This document shows positions 21,087 to 31,824 of a stretch of 64,000 bases of DNA, one piece after another (the first letter of the stretch is position 1; each line of letters begins with the position of its first letter). Source of the DNA: an uncultured Acidobacteriota bacterium (GTDB lineage: Bacteria; Acidobacteriota; Terriglobia; Bryobacterales; UBA6623); the NCBI GenBank assembly GCA_963805925.1, contig CAWDWB010000007.1, positions 485,261 through 549,260 on the forward strand, given 5' to 3'. The position numbers and the translations under genes were made by a program. The notes below the pieces were generated by a model, which had not been told where the DNA came from, searched no databases, and saw only the letters and a list, made by a program, of their open reading frames with translations.

Positions 21087-21443
21087 ATGAGCCAAGCTGA
21101 TCAAGATCGCCGCATAGACTACGTGGAGTTTGAAGCGACGGACATCGAGGCGACCAAGCGCTTCTATTCCGCCGTGTTCGGTTGGGCGTTCATCGACTAC
21201 GGGCCGGACTACACGTCGTTTGGCGATGGCCGGCTCGCCGGCGGCTTTACCAAGGTGAAGAAGGCCCCGCGCAAGGGCGGGCCGCTCGTGGTGATCTACG
21301 CCCTCGATCTCGAAGCGATGCAGGCATCAATTCAGAGCGCTGGCGGCAAGATCAAGAAGAAGATCTTCTCGTTCCCCGGAGGGCGCCGGTTTCAGTTCAA
21401 AGACCCCAACGGGAATGAGTTGGCGGTTTGGTCGGACGTCTAG
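21087..21443 (+). CDS. VOC/glyoxalase family protein
   Basis: IDYVEF, FYSAVFGW, FPGGRRFQFKDPNGNELAVW. Confidence 0.9.
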   Translation: MSQADQDRRIDYVEFEATDIEATKRFYSAVFGWAFIDYGPDYTSFGDGRLAGGFTKVKKAPRKGGPLVVIYALDLEAMQASIQSAGGKIKKKIFSFPGGRRFQFKDPNGNELAVWSDV

Positions 21444-21679
21444 AGTTGCTCCTTCCGGCCACGATGGCAACGCTACTCGACCTTGGGGAACTCCGCATCA
21501 TTCAGCCTGCCTCGCCGAGGCGCAACTGCCGCCGGCGGATAGCGTCTCCCACGCCTTCTCCCATTCGAGCCCAACAAGCGGCAGCGAGAGATTGACTCGC
21601 TTGGCGAGTAGGGGTCCACAGCCGCTCGACCCGCTGGAACCCTCCAATGGCGTACAATTCGGGGTTTACCGGTCGCGCT

Positions 21680-22246
21680 ATGAGCATCAAAGCAGATAAA
21701 TGGATTCGTCGAATGGTCGAGGAGCACGGCATGATCGAGCCGTTCGAACCAGGCCAAATGCGTTACGACGGAGATCGCAAACTCATCTCTTACGGCACGT
21801 CGAGCTACGGCTATGACGGACGTTGTTCGAACGAGTTCAAGATCTTCACCAACATCAATACGACCATCGTCGATCCGAAGGATTTCAATCCTAAGAGCCT
21901 CGTGGATTTCGTCGGCGATGAGTGCATCATTCCGCCGAACTCGTTTGCGCTGACGCGCACGGTCGAGTACTTCCGCATCCCGCGCAATGTACTGACGGTG
22001 TGCTTGGGAAAATCGACCTACGCGCGCTGCGGCATCATCGTCAACGTGACGCCGCTGGAGCCTGAGTGGGAAGGCCACGTGACGTTGGAGCTTTCCAACA
22101 CGACGCCGCTGCCGGCGAAGATCTACGCCAACGAGGGCGTGGCGCAGTTCCTGTTCTTTGAGTCAGACGAAGTCTGCGAAACCTCTTACAAAGACAGGGC
22201 AGGGAAGTACCAAGGCCAGCGCGGCGTCACGCTGCCGAAAACCTAA
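21680..22246 (+). CDS. dcd: dCTP deaminase
   Basis: [39 protein letters not shown]; TACAAT -10-like hexamer at 21653. Confidence 0.95.
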   Translation: MSIKADKWIRRMVEEHGMIEPFEPGQMRYDGDRKLISYGTSSYGYDGRCSNEFKIFTNINTTIVDPKDFNPKSLVDFVGDECIIPPNSFALTRTVEYFRIPRNVLTVCLGKSTYARCGIIVNVTPLEPEWEGHVTLELSNTTPLPAKIYANEGVAQFLFFESDEVCETSYKDRAGKYQGQRGVTLPKT

Positions 22247-23649
22247 CGCGCCTGAATTTGCCGGGAGCCTACGTAGGGATCCCAGTTGGGTCCGCGGCGA
22301 TCTTCGGGAATCTTGTTGAGCGCGGCCTGCAGTTTTGCCCGGGCCGCCTCCGCTTCCGGCGAGCCAGACTCTACGGCTATCGGGTGCTGCTCCAGCACAT
22401 CGGCGGGGACGTCGTACAAGCGACCGTCCTCGTAAAGCTTGAAGCGCTTGTCGCGGGCCCACAGGTCGAGGTGGGTGAACGCTTCCTTCATCGCTCCGGG
22501 CCGCGGATCATGCCAGGAGACGATGACATCTTTGGTGCGGTCGCCCTCGCCGGTCACAACCGGCATCAGGCTGACGCCGTCCACCGGCTGACCCGAAGGC
22601 GGGTGGCCGCCGCCAGCATCGAGGACCGTGGCGTAGAGATCGGTCGAGTCGACCAGGTCATCAACCACTTTCCCCGCGGGGGCGTGCCCGGGCCAGTTCA
22701 GCACCAAGGGAACTCTAGTGCCGGCGTCGGTCGGTGAGCCCTTACCGCCTTTGATCGCCACGTCTCCCATCATCGACGTGGTCGGCAGCGGCGAGCCGTT
22801 GTCGCTGTAATAGATGACCAGCGTGTTCTCGCGCAGACCGAGCTCGTCGAGTTTATCGACGACCCGTCCGACGCAGTAGTCCATGTACTCGACCATGTCG
22901 GGGAAGTACTTAACGTCGTTCTTCAAACGGTCGCCTTTGGCCCAATCGGCGCTGTGCGGCGTCGGATTGAAGGGATCATGGGTGAGCGCCATCGGGTAAT
23001 ACACAAAGAACGGCTCGTCCTTGTTCCGCTCCATGAAGCCGTTGATGTAATCGACGTAGAGGTCCGGCCCGTACTTGCCGTCGGTGTCGGGGACCGGATG
23101 GCCGTTTTCTTCAATAGTCGGGTTGGCGTAGCGCGAACCTTTGTCTTCGGTTTCGGCCGCATGCCACAGGAACCACTCGTCGAAGCCTGCCTGTTCGGGC
23201 TTCATGCCTAAGTCGCGGAACTCCGGCTCGAAGGTCGGCGGATTGTAGCTGTAGAACTGCCACTTGCCGGAAATGCAGGTCTTGTAGCCGGCATCTTTCA
23301 TCTGACGCCCGAAGGTGCGCTCATCCGGCCGCATGATGCCGAATCCTATCCAGTTGCGGTAGTTGTACTCGCCGGTCATCAGCTGCAGCCGGGTCGGCGT
23401 GCAGAGCGGCTGGGCATAGGCTTGGGTAAAGCGCATACCTCCCGCTGCCAATTCGTCAATGCGCGGCGTGGCGTAGGACGTGCCGCCGTAAGCGCCGATC
23501 GCCTCGTAGCCGAGGTCGTCGGACATGATCAGTACGATGTTGGGCTTGCGAGTGGTTGCGGTTGACTCTTCGCTGCTCCCGCAGCCTAGCCAAGAGGCGG
23601 CCAGGCCGGCTGCTGCAGCTTCAACGAATTGGCGGCGCGAGGGACTCAT
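22243..23649 (-). CDS. Formylglycine-dependent sulfatase (Tat lipoprotein)
   Basis: SRRQF Tat motif, WLGC lipobox, [25 protein letters not shown]. Confidence 0.9.
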   Translation of the reverse strand: MSPSRRQFVEAAAAGLAASWLGCGSSEESTATTRKPNIVLIMSDDLGYEAIGAYGGTSYATPRIDELAAGGMRFTQAYAQPLCTPTRLQLMTGEYNYRNWIGFGIMRPDERTFGRQMKDAGYKTCISGKWQFYSYNPPTFEPEFRDLGMKPEQAGFDEWFLWHAAETEDKGSRYANPTIEENGHPVPDTDGKYGPDLYVDYINGFMERNKDEPFFVYYPMALTHDPFNPTPHSADWAKGDRLKNDVKYFPDMVEYMDYCVGRVVDKLDELGLRENTLVIYYSDNGSPLPTTSMMGDVAIKGGKGSPTDAGTRVPLVLNWPGHAPAGKVVDDLVDSTDLYATVLDAGGGHPPSGQPVDGVSLMPVVTGEGDRTKDVIVSWHDPRPGAMKEAFTHLDLWARDKRFKLYEDGRLYDVPADVLEQHPIAVESGSPEAEAARAKLQAALNKIPEDRRGPNWDPYVGSRQIQAR

Positions 23650-23660
23650 GGCCCCCGATT

Positions 23661-25367
23661 CTAGCTCAGTTTCCGAGGGGGTGCTGTGCGGACGCCGGGG
23701 CGATGACGGGTTTCTTCCCTGGCCAGTCCAGCCGCTAGGTTCTGCAACTCGTGCGACTCGGCGTCGCTCAAATTCTCGGATGCGGCGACCGGCCGGGGCG
23801 ACGCGCAGCTGACGAAGGCGTTCACGGCCTCGGGGTCAAACTGGTTTCCAGCATTGGCTTTCAGGATCTCGATAGCCTGGGCGTGTCCGAGTCCCTTGCG
23901 GTAGGGGCGGTCGGTGACCATCGCGTCATAGGCGTCTGCGACATGGACAATCCGGGCGGCTACGGGAATTTCCTCCCCCGCAAGCCCCCAGGGATAGCCG
24001 CTGCCGTCGTGGTTCTCGTGATGCAACTCCACTACAGGGACGTAGTCGCGGAAGGCCTCGACCTTCTCCAGAATGCGTTTGCCAATCGATGGGTGCTGTT
24101 TGACTAGCGCGAACTCCTCACGCGTCAGTGGGCCGCTCTTTTGCAAGACTTCGTCCGGCACGCCGATCTTGCCGACGTCATGCAGCAAGGCGCCGATGCG
24201 AACGATCTCCACATCGCGGCGACTCAGATTCATGACTTTGGCCGTGGCCACCGAGTCGTCGCTGACGCGGCGGCTATGGCCGGCCGTGTAGACGTCTCTG
24301 GCGTCCACAGCGCTTGAAATCGACGCGACAAACTCAGTGTAGGCCTGCTCCAGGCGCGCACGTCCATCCCGTACCGATCCGGAGGCGCGATTGAAAGAGT
24401 GGACGAGCCGGTCGATCTCGTATGTCCCCGATTCCATCATTAGCGTCGGCAGATATCCGTCGTTGGGAGTCGCCTCAATCCGGTCCGTCAAAGAAGTGAG
24501 CGGGCTGACGATGGATTGCGCAGAGGCGCCCGAAACGAATAGGAGGGCGACGAGCGCAAGTGCGGAACAAAGGTAGAAAGCGTAGCGGACAGCCGCTTGC
24601 ACCGGCTCGCCGGCGCGATCCACGGACTGGATGCTGCGCAGGTGATACTGCTCGCCGAGCGAGACGTCGGCGGTCTCCAGGCTCAGCATCGTTTCCCCAC
24701 CCAGCGTGACCTCGCACTCTTTGCCGATTGCGCAGCCAGCCATAGCCTGGTCGACTTGATCGAGCGTGTAGCCCTCAAGACTGGAACTGATGACCTTGCC
24801 GCCGCGGCTGAGAATGATCGGCGCGTTGAACTGCGCCAGGTCAAAGGCCCTGCCCAAGACGAGCGTGCCGATCTGCTCGTAGCCGAACGACACGGGCAAC
24901 TCGGAAACGACGTAGATTGTGTCGCCGATGCTGAATAGACTCTGCGAATCTCTAGTAACGGTATCCGGCGCGATCACTTGGAGCCCGTGTGCGTCGTCGG
25001 CCACTGTCGCCAGCGGAACGCCGCCGGGCGAGTAGGCGCTGAGGAAATCCAACCCTAGCAATTCGCCGTACTCCATCAACTGATCTTCCAACGCTTCTTT
25101 CGCCAGCGGATCCACGGGCTCCTGCTGCATGGCCTCGATGCCTGCGCGGAGCCTCGGATTGCGAGCGACGATACGCAGCAACCGAGCATTCTGGGCCTCG
25201 AAGTCGGCCCGTGATCGGGAAATGAAGTTGTGCGACTCACGCAGCGACGTCCGCAGACCATCGCGGACGCCGTAGGCGACGAATTGTTGCGTCAAGACCA
25301 GTGCGGCGCCCAATAGAATTGCAATGGGGAAGAAGGAGAGTAGGAAGACGCGCGTCGAGAAACGCAT
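23661..25367 (-). CDS. Membrane-bound HD-GYP cyclic-dinucleotide phosphodiesterase
   Basis: Two TM around a periplasmic sensor, HAMP-like linker, HSRRV, LHDVGK, HHENHDGSGYP, RPYR. Confidence 0.9.
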   Translation of the reverse strand: MRFSTRVFLLSFFPIAILLGAALVLTQQFVAYGVRDGLRTSLRESHNFISRSRADFEAQNARLLRIVARNPRLRAGIEAMQQEPVDPLAKEALEDQLMEYGELLGLDFLSAYSPGGVPLATVADDAHGLQVIAPDTVTRDSQSLFSIGDTIYVVSELPVSFGYEQIGTLVLGRAFDLAQFNAPIILSRGGKVISSSLEGYTLDQVDQAMAGCAIGKECEVTLGGETMLSLETADVSLGEQYHLRSIQSVDRAGEPVQAAVRYAFYLCSALALVALLFVSGASAQSIVSPLTSLTDRIEATPNDGYLPTLMMESGTYEIDRLVHSFNRASGSVRDGRARLEQAYTEFVASISSAVDARDVYTAGHSRRVSDDSVATAKVMNLSRRDVEIVRIGALLHDVGKIGVPDEVLQKSGPLTREEFALVKQHPSIGKRILEKVEAFRDYVPVVELHHENHDGSGYPWGLAGEEIPVAARIVHVADAYDAMVTDRPYRKGLGHAQAIEILKANAGNQFDPEAVNAFVSCASPRPVAASENLSDAESHELQNLAAGLAREETRHRPGVRTAPPRKLS

Positions 25368-25472
25368 CCCTATATCCCGCCCTTGCTCTTGAGGATCATT
25401 CGCCCACTACCAGCCTTACGGAAAGAGGATGGATCCTCAGCCGATTTCAGGCTAGTAGCTTAGGCCGAGAAT

Positions 25473-25502
25473 CCCGGCGGCATGTTTACCTACGCCGCCG
25501 GG
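25473..25502. terminator. GC-rich hairpin downstream of ino1
   Basis: CCCGGCGGC-N12-GCCGCCGGG; only a weak U-tract. Confidence 0.4.
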
Positions 25503-25533
25503 TACAGGCGTACTTGAGGAAGGTTCCCAGGGG

Positions 25534-26853
25534 CTAGTCGTAATATTCGAGGCCCAAGTGAGTGATCAGATCCGCGCCCTTCATCCAGCGTAGAGTGTTC
25601 TTCAGCTTCATCAGCTGGATGAATAAGTCGTGCTCGGGATAGAGGCCCTTAGCTGACATCGGCGCCTTGAAGTAGAACGACAGCCACTCTTGGATGCCCG
25701 ACATGTTGGCGCGCTGAGCCAAGTCCATGAACAGGGCCAGGTCGAGAGCCAGTGGCGCAGCCAAGATCGAGTCGCGGCACAGGAAGTTGATTTTCAGCTG
25801 CATGGGGTAACCCAGCCAGCCGAAGATGTCGATGTTGTCCCAGCCTTCTTTGTTGTCGCCGCGCGGCGGGTAATACTCGATGCGGACCTTGTGATAGTAG
25901 TTGCCGTAGAGCTCCGGGTAGTGCTCGGGCTGGAAAATAATGTTCAACGCGGAGAGCTTCGAATCTTCCTTCGTCTTGAAGTTATCCGGCTCGTCGAGCA
26001 CTTCGCCGTCGCGGTTGCCCAGGATGTTGCCCGAGAACCAACCCGAGACGCCCAGCATGCGCGACTTGAGGCCGGGCGCGATCAGCGTCTTCATGAAGGT
26101 CTGGCCCGACTTGTAGTCCTTGCCGGCGATCGGCACGTTGTTCTTTTTGGCGAGTTCCTGGATGGCCTCAATGTCGACGGTCAGGTTCGGTGCGCCGTTG
26201 GCGAAAGGCACGCCGCACTTGAGGGCGGCATAGGCGTAGATCTGGCTGGGGGCGATGTTGGGGTCGCTGTCTTCCAGGCCCGTCTCAAAAGCGGCCAACG
26301 AAGCATGCACTTCGGTCGGCTTGAGGAAGATTTCCGTCGAGGCGCACCAGACCATCACGCAACGGCTCAGGCCGTGCTCTTTCTTGAAACCCTCAATGTC
26401 GGCCATGAGCTGCTTGGCCAGGTCCATCTTGGAGGAGCCGGTCTTCACGTTCGGTCCGTCGATACGCTTGGCGAAGCGCTTCTCGAAGACGGCCTTCATC
26501 GGCTTGATCTTCTCAAGTTCGGGCTTGACCTGGTCCATCAGCGTCGGTTCCAGGACGGCGGCATTGCTGGCCGACTCGTAGCAGTTGTCCTCGTAGATAT
26601 CCCAACCGCCGAAGACGAGGTCTTCCAGCCCGGCCAGGGGCACGAATTCCTTGATCGAGGGGTTGTTGTTATCGGTGCGCTTGCCGAGACGGATATGCCC
26701 CATCTGCGTGAGCGAGCCGATCGGCGCGCTCTTGCCCTTCTTGATCAGCTCAACGCCGGCGATCAAAGTGGTGGCCACCGCGCCGAGGCCGGGCAACAGA
26801 ACGCCGAGTTTCCCCTCGGCAGGCGCAATCGTAGGCGTTTCGCGGACGGACAT
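25534..26853 (-). CDS. ino1: Myo-inositol-1(3)-phosphate synthase
   Basis: GLGAVATT, GWDI, GKDYKSGQT, NILGNRDG, DNKEGWD, RDSILAAPLALDL, SFYFKAP. Confidence 0.92.
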   Translation of the reverse strand: MSVRETPTIAPAEGKLGVLLPGLGAVATTLIAGVELIKKGKSAPIGSLTQMGHIRLGKRTDNNNPSIKEFVPLAGLEDLVFGGWDIYEDNCYESASNAAVLEPTLMDQVKPELEKIKPMKAVFEKRFAKRIDGPNVKTGSSKMDLAKQLMADIEGFKKEHGLSRCVMVWCASTEIFLKPTEVHASLAAFETGLEDSDPNIAPSQIYAYAALKCGVPFANGAPNLTVDIEAIQELAKKNNVPIAGKDYKSGQTFMKTLIAPGLKSRMLGVSGWFSGNILGNRDGEVLDEPDNFKTKEDSKLSALNIIFQPEHYPELYGNYYHKVRIEYYPPRGDNKEGWDNIDIFGWLGYPMQLKINFLCRDSILAAPLALDLALFMDLAQRANMSGIQEWLSFYFKAPMSAKGLYPEHDLFIQLMKLKNTLRWMKGADLITHLGLEYYD

Positions 26854-26924
26854 GTAGATGCTTCTCCTCGTGGAGCTACGGTCTCAATGCTCAGCCATGA
26901 TTCTTGCCGGGCTCCGGCAGTCTG

Positions 26925-28451
26925 TCACAGTCGAATGAGCGTTCGTTCCAGTTCTGATTCGAAATCCGCGACCGCTTTGGCCATCGCAGAAGAGTCCCAT
27001 TGTAACGGACCGGCAACAGTCTCGGCGATGGCTTTGGGCCAATCTGGATCGTAGTCTCCCTCGTAGGCCAGACCGGTCCGGCGCAGCAGAATGTCTCCCA
27101 AGGTCTGGGCCTTCTCTCGCTGCACGGCGTAGAGGACTTCCGCGACCGTTGCCGGCGCTCCTGGGGCGGCGGGCTTCATCATCCGATCCGGGTCCTGCTC
27201 GATCATCACGTCGATTTCCCGGGCGCGGCCGCCGTAGAGCTCCGCCAGCCTATCGTCGGCGGTATAGGAGCGCCCGGGCGCGACCGGCAGCGGACCAGGG
27301 TCGGGTATTCCCAGCTTGGCGACGGCGGCCTTCATCGTCTCGGCGGCGAACGAGCGGGCGGTGGTCAGCTTGCCGCCGACCATCGACAGCAGGCCGGCAA
27401 CGCCGTCTTCGGCTTCGTGGTCATAGACGCCGTGGCCGCGAGACGCCTTGTTCATGTTGCTGGAGTTGGCATGAACGAGCGGGCGCGAACCGGCGTAGGC
27501 GTAACACAGGTCCTCGCGTTTGAGGTTCGTGTGCGGAAAGAGTTGGCCGAACTCAGTCAGCAAGTAGTCAATCTCCGGCTCTGTGGCCAGCACGCGGTCG
27601 GGGTCGCCGTCGTAGGGCGTCTCGGTGGTGCCAATCAAGTAGAGCCGCCGCCAGGGGACGATGAAAAAGGGCCGCTTGTCCGAGCGCGCCTCGTGATAGA
27701 CCGCATTCTGCGGCGCGCCCGGGAAAGGGCGTGCGACGATGTGCGTGCCGTTGAGCCGCGACAGCAATGGGCGCGACGCGTAGTCCGCCGATAATAGGGT
27801 GCGGACTTCGTCGACCCAGGCGCCGGCCGCGTTGACGACCAGCTTGCTGCGGAACTCTTCGTCTCCGCACTTCACTCCGACGACCCGCGAACCCTCGCGC
27901 AGGAATCCAGTGACTCGTGTGTGGTTGCGGATTGTTCCGCCCGCCGTCTCCGCGCGCAGGGCCATCTCGACGCAGAGCTTCTCTGGATAAGTGGCCTGGC
28001 AATCGAAGTAACGGAAGGCAGCCTTCAGGTTCTTTCTGTCCAGTCCCGGCTCAAGATGCTCAACTTCGTCCGCGGAGATGCGCTGGCAAGCCCCAAGTTC
28101 GGCGTCTCGCGAGAGCATCCCGTAGAGCTTGAGTCCCGTGTAGATATACCAGGCCGGACGCGAATCCTCTTTGTAGACAGGGATCACGAACGGCTGCGGA
28201 TCGACGATTCCGGGGAACTCGTCTAGCCAGGCGCGGCGGTCATGAAGGGATTCTTTGACCACCCCGAACTGGAAACTCTCGAGGTAGCGCAGGCCTCCAT
28301 GGATCAGCCGCGTCGAGCGCGAAGTGACGCCGGCGCCGAAATCGTCTTTTTCCAATAGAGCGACACGGAAGCCTTGTTCGGCCGCATGTCGAGCGAGCGA
28401 GCAGCCGTTTATGCCGCCGCCGATGATGATAATGTCGTAGAGGTCACTCAC
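26925..28451 (-). CDS. glpD: FAD-dependent glycerol-3-phosphate dehydrogenase
   Basis: IIGGGING, TSRSTRLIHGGLRYLE, VNAAGAW, GGKLTT, LLRRT; probable GTG start at 28451. Confidence 0.88.
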   Translation of the reverse strand: MSDLYDIIIIGGGINGCSLARHAAEQGFRVALLEKDDFGAGVTSRSTRLIHGGLRYLESFQFGVVKESLHDRRAWLDEFPGIVDPQPFVIPVYKEDSRPAWYIYTGLKLYGMLSRDAELGACQRISADEVEHLEPGLDRKNLKAAFRYFDCQATYPEKLCVEMALRAETAGGTIRNHTRVTGFLREGSRVVGVKCGDEEFRSKLVVNAAGAWVDEVRTLLSADYASRPLLSRLNGTHIVARPFPGAPQNAVYHEARSDKRPFFIVPWRRLYLIGTTETPYDGDPDRVLATEPEIDYLLTEFGQLFPHTNLKREDLCYAYAGSRPLVHANSSNMNKASRGHGVYDHEAEDGVAGLLSMVGGKLTTARSFAAETMKAAVAKLGIPDPGPLPVAPGRSYTADDRLAELYGGRAREIDVMIEQDPDRMMKPAAPGAPATVAEVLYAVQREKAQTLGDILLRRTGLAYEGDYDPDWPKAIAETVAGPLQWDSSAMAKAVADFESELERTLIRL

Positions 28452-28506
28452 AGGTCGCAACTTGGCGGGCAATACCCAGACGTTCCAGCTTACCCGGGCG
28501 GGCGCC

Positions 28507-30030
28507 ATGTTCGCATGGCTGTTTGTTTTCGCCGCATTGTGTCCGTCAGCTTCGGCACAGGCGCCGCGGCTCACGATCTGGATCGTCGCCGACCAATTTC
28601 GCGCCGATTATCTGCAACGCTACGAGCCGGATTTCGGCCCGGACGGCTTGCGCCGTATGCAGGCGGAAGGCAGCGTTTTCCCACGCATGCGCTACGGCTA
28701 TACGGAGACGTTTACCGCCTCCGGGGCGGCGACGCTGGCAACCGGGGCCTATCCCGAAACGCACGGGATCGTAGCGAACTCCTGGTACGACAAGCGTGCG
28801 GGCGAGGTGGTGCAAGCCATCGGCTCGCGCCAATTGCCGACGCCGACCTCGCTGAACGGCTCCAGTCTGGCCGATGAACTCAATCTAGCGACTGCTGGAC
28901 AGTCGCGAATCGTCTCGATCGCGGACGATCCCCGATTGGCGGTCTTGCTCACAGGCCACCGGCCGTTGGCTTGCCTTTGGCGCGGGGAGCGGGGAGAGAT
29001 TCGATCGTCGTCCTACTATGCCCCCTTGCCGCAATGGGCCGCGGACTACGATGCGCGGAGCCCGGTCGACGGCGCCCGCCGCGAGTGGCGCGCCTTGCAC
29101 GCTGCTGACGATGCGCCGCCCCTGAGAGTCCTCGAAGGCGAGCGGTACCTACACCAGTACCTGGCTTCTCCGTTTGCCGCAGAAGACGTGTTTGGCCTGG
29201 CCCGCGCGGCCATTGACGGCGAGCAGATGGGCCAGGACGAGGTTCCCGACCTGCTGATTCTCGGTCTTGGCGCGCCCGGGCTGCTCAGTCTGGAAACCGG
29301 GGCGTACTCGCCGCTAATGCGCGACATGGCGATGAAGATCGACAGCGATATCGCCGCTCTTTTCGCCTGGCTCGATGAACGCTACTTACTGGACGATACG
29401 GCGGTGGTCTTTACGGCAACCCACGGCGTGCCGCCTCAGAGTGCTGACGTGGCCCGCGCCAATCTGCCGGGCGGCTCCGTCGATGGAGAGCGCCTGGCGC
29501 AGGACGTCAACCAGGCATTGGGCGATTTTCCCGGCATTCGCGTCGAGAAGTACGTCTTCCCGTTCCTTTCGTTTAACGCCGCATTTGGCTCGTTATCGAC
29601 GGACCAAAGGGCGGGCATTGTCCGAACTGCCGGCGCAGCGGCGCTGGGATTTCCTGGAGTGGAAGCGTTCTATGCACCCGAGGCCTCTTCGGCGGTCGGG
29701 CAGGAGTTGCGCATGTTGGAGCGCGGTTTTTACGCCGGGCGCTCCGGGGATGTGATGCTCGCTCTGGCGCCTTACTATGTGGAGCACTACGGCGACGGAC
29801 GCGGTACGGCTTCGGGGTCGGGTCACTCCTACGATACGGACGTGCCTTTGCTGCTATTCGGGTCTTGGTTCCGGGCCGGGGTCAACGACCAGATCGTCGA
29901 TGCGGCGTCGTTGGCGCCTACCATGGCGCGACTGCTGGGTACGGCGATGCCCAGCGGAGCGTCTCAGCGCGTGTTGACCGAGTCGCTGGCCGCGCCGAAA
30001 CGAGTGCCTGCCGGACCTCCGGCGCCTTAA
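28507..30030 (+). CDS. PafA-type alkaline phosphatase superfamily protein with degenerate metal site
   Basis: IVADQFRADYL, TFTASGAATLATG..P..HGIVAN.W, YDTDVPLL; signal peptide; exact start uncertain (28462 or 28507). Confidence 0.8.
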   Translation: MFAWLFVFAALCPSASAQAPRLTIWIVADQFRADYLQRYEPDFGPDGLRRMQAEGSVFPRMRYGYTETFTASGAATLATGAYPETHGIVANSWYDKRAGEVVQAIGSRQLPTPTSLNGSSLADELNLATAGQSRIVSIADDPRLAVLLTGHRPLACLWRGERGEIRSSSYYAPLPQWAADYDARSPVDGARREWRALHAADDAPPLRVLEGERYLHQYLASPFAAEDVFGLARAAIDGEQMGQDEVPDLLILGLGAPGLLSLETGAYSPLMRDMAMKIDSDIAALFAWLDERYLLDDTAVVFTATHGVPPQSADVARANLPGGSVDGERLAQDVNQALGDFPGIRVEKYVFPFLSFNAAFGSLSTDQRAGIVRTAGAAALGFPGVEAFYAPEASSAVGQELRMLERGFYAGRSGDVMLALAPYYVEHYGDGRGTASGSGHSYDTDVPLLLFGSWFRAGVNDQIVDAASLAPTMARLLGTAMPSGASQRVLTESLAAPKRVPAGPPAP

Positions 30031-30037
30031 GAAATAA

Positions 30038-30955
30038 GTGGCAGATCTTACGACACCGCTCTGTGGACTCACGCTGAAGAACCCCGTTCTTGCATCGAGC
30101 GGGACGTTTGGGTACGGCCTGGAACTCGACTCGATTCTGGACCTGAACGCCTTAGGCGGGTTCGTCGTGAAGGGCCTTTCGCGAGAGCCGATCGCGGGCA
30201 ACAAGGCGCCGCGGGTCACCGAGACGGCCTCCGGCATGCTCAATTCGATTGGGCTGCAGAATGTTGGCGTCGAGGCCTTTGTCCGCGAAAAGCTGCCGAA
30301 ACTCGCCAAGCTCGACACGGCTGTTTTCGCGAACGTCTTTGGCTACGCACCAGAAGATTACGTGGAAGTGCTGCGCGTGCTCGAAGACGCCGAGGGCCTG
30401 GCCGGCTATGAGCTGAACGTCTCTTGCCCCAATACCAAGCATGGCGGCATGCAGTTCGGGGCCGATCCACAGTTGTTGGGCGAAGTAGTCGGATTGGCCA
30501 GGCGCGCTGTGTCCAAGCGGCCGCTCATCGTCAAACTCTCGCCCAACGTCACTGACATTGCCCAGATGGCCAAAGCCGCCGAAGAAGCCGGGGCCGATGC
30601 GGTCTCGCTCATCAATACGGTGCAGGCCATGGCGGTGGACGCGCGCACCCGCAAGCCCAAGATCGGGGCAGGGATGGGCGGCTTATCGGGCCCGGCGGTG
30701 AAGCCGATCGCTCTGCGCATGGTTTACCAGGCGGTCAAGGCTGTCAGCATTCCGGTGCTCGGCATGGGCGGCGTCGCCACGGGTGAGGATGTCGCCGAGT
30801 TTCTGCTCTGCGGCGCCACAGCGGTGCAGGTTGGCACGGCCTCGTTCTGGGACCCCAAAAGCCCGCAGCGGATTGCCCGCGAGTTGAATCGCTTCTTGGA
30901 TGGCGAGGGTGTGCGTGCATCTGCTGACCTGGTGGGCCGGCTGGAGATGCCCTAG
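30038..30955 (+). CDS. pyrD: Dihydroorotate dehydrogenase, class 1B catalytic subunit
   Basis: SGTFGYG, MLNSIGLQN, ELNVSCPN, VKLSPN, GGLSGPAVKP. Confidence 0.93.
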   Translation: MADLTTPLCGLTLKNPVLASSGTFGYGLELDSILDLNALGGFVVKGLSREPIAGNKAPRVTETASGMLNSIGLQNVGVEAFVREKLPKLAKLDTAVFANVFGYAPEDYVEVLRVLEDAEGLAGYELNVSCPNTKHGGMQFGADPQLLGEVVGLARRAVSKRPLIVKLSPNVTDIAQMAKAAEEAGADAVSLINTVQAMAVDARTRKPKIGAGMGGLSGPAVKPIALRMVYQAVKAVSIPVLGMGGVATGEDVAEFLLCGATAVQVGTASFWDPKSPQRIARELNRFLDGEGVRASADLVGRLEMP

Positions 30956-31731
30956 GCTTCGGCGCCCTGCGTCAGCTGAAGTTGGCTGATGAGCCAGGCG
31001 TAGTACCACTTGATGGCCCAAGGGATCGTCAGTATGGGTACGCAAAACAGCACAAAAACGATGGTCCGCCAAAGCATCTGGTGCCCGGCGCCGACAAATT
31101 GCATCGTTCCGCCGGCGTCTTGGACATGCTCCGCGATCCAGTTGTAGAGCCCGACCGATGCCCAGGCCCAGCCGATGATGGTCAGAACGGAAACGTAGAG
31201 GAGCAGGTACCAGCCGAGGAACCCCCAAATCGATCCATCGAATCGCCACCGGCGGCTGTTCCACTCGAGGTGATTGACCGCCCACTTCAAGAAGCCCCAA
31301 CCGAGGGCGAGAGCTGCCAACTGAAGCAGTACATCCTGCGAAACCGTTGCGATGCTAGGCTGCTCGTCGCCCCGGATGACTCCGAGTGAGATAGATACTC
31401 CAACCAAGAGTACGTACAGAGCTACCAACTTCCAAACAGTACCTGCCGTACCTCGAAACTCAAGAGCCTCGCCGTCGCTGGCGCGCACTTCCCCAGCCAA
31501 CCACTTGGTGAACCAGCAAATGGTCCATGGCGCGGGAATGATGAACGGGAAAGAGAGAATCATCAACAGGTTGCGGCCAAACAACTCCAGCGCGCCCGCC
31601 TCAAGCGTGAACCGTATCGGCGACTCTGCTGTTGCGACCGCTACTGCCGTCCCGCCGCCGATCGGGGCACCACAGTGATGGCAGAAGCCCGCCGCAGCTT
31701 CTACAGCTGCGCCGCAGGTATTACAGTTCAT
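30952..31731 (-). CDS. Zinc-ribbon + DUF898/YjgN-like membrane protein
   Basis: CNTC...FCHHCG followed by three repeats of F.G...TM...PW. Confidence 0.55.
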   Translation of the reverse strand: MNCNTCGAAVEAAAGFCHHCGAPIGGGTAVAVATAESPIRFTLEAGALELFGRNLLMILSFPFIIPAPWTICWFTKWLAGEVRASDGEALEFRGTAGTVWKLVALYVLLVGVSISLGVIRGDEQPSIATVSQDVLLQLAALALGWGFLKWAVNHLEWNSRRWRFDGSIWGFLGWYLLLYVSVLTIIGWAWASVGLYNWIAEHVQDAGGTMQFVGAGHQMLWRTIVFVLFCVPILTIPWAIKWYYAWLISQLQLTQGAEA

Positions 31732-31824
31732 GGCGCCCTCTCAATGTGCGGTTCTCAACTGGCAGAACCATAGCAATAAGCCGGATGCCGATGCCACTCA
31801 AGCCCCAGCGCCTATAATGTCGGG

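Noticed and set aside
21444-21679. Possible small gene remnant or sRNA between the VOC gene and dcd
   Set aside because: No convincing ORF or conserved structure; only a -10-like TACAAT.
25368-25533. Possible c-di-GMP riboswitch upstream of the HD-GYP gene
   Set aside because: Only simple inverted repeats (TGAGGATC/GATCCTCA and a GC hairpin) are present; no GEMM-type consensus was recognised.
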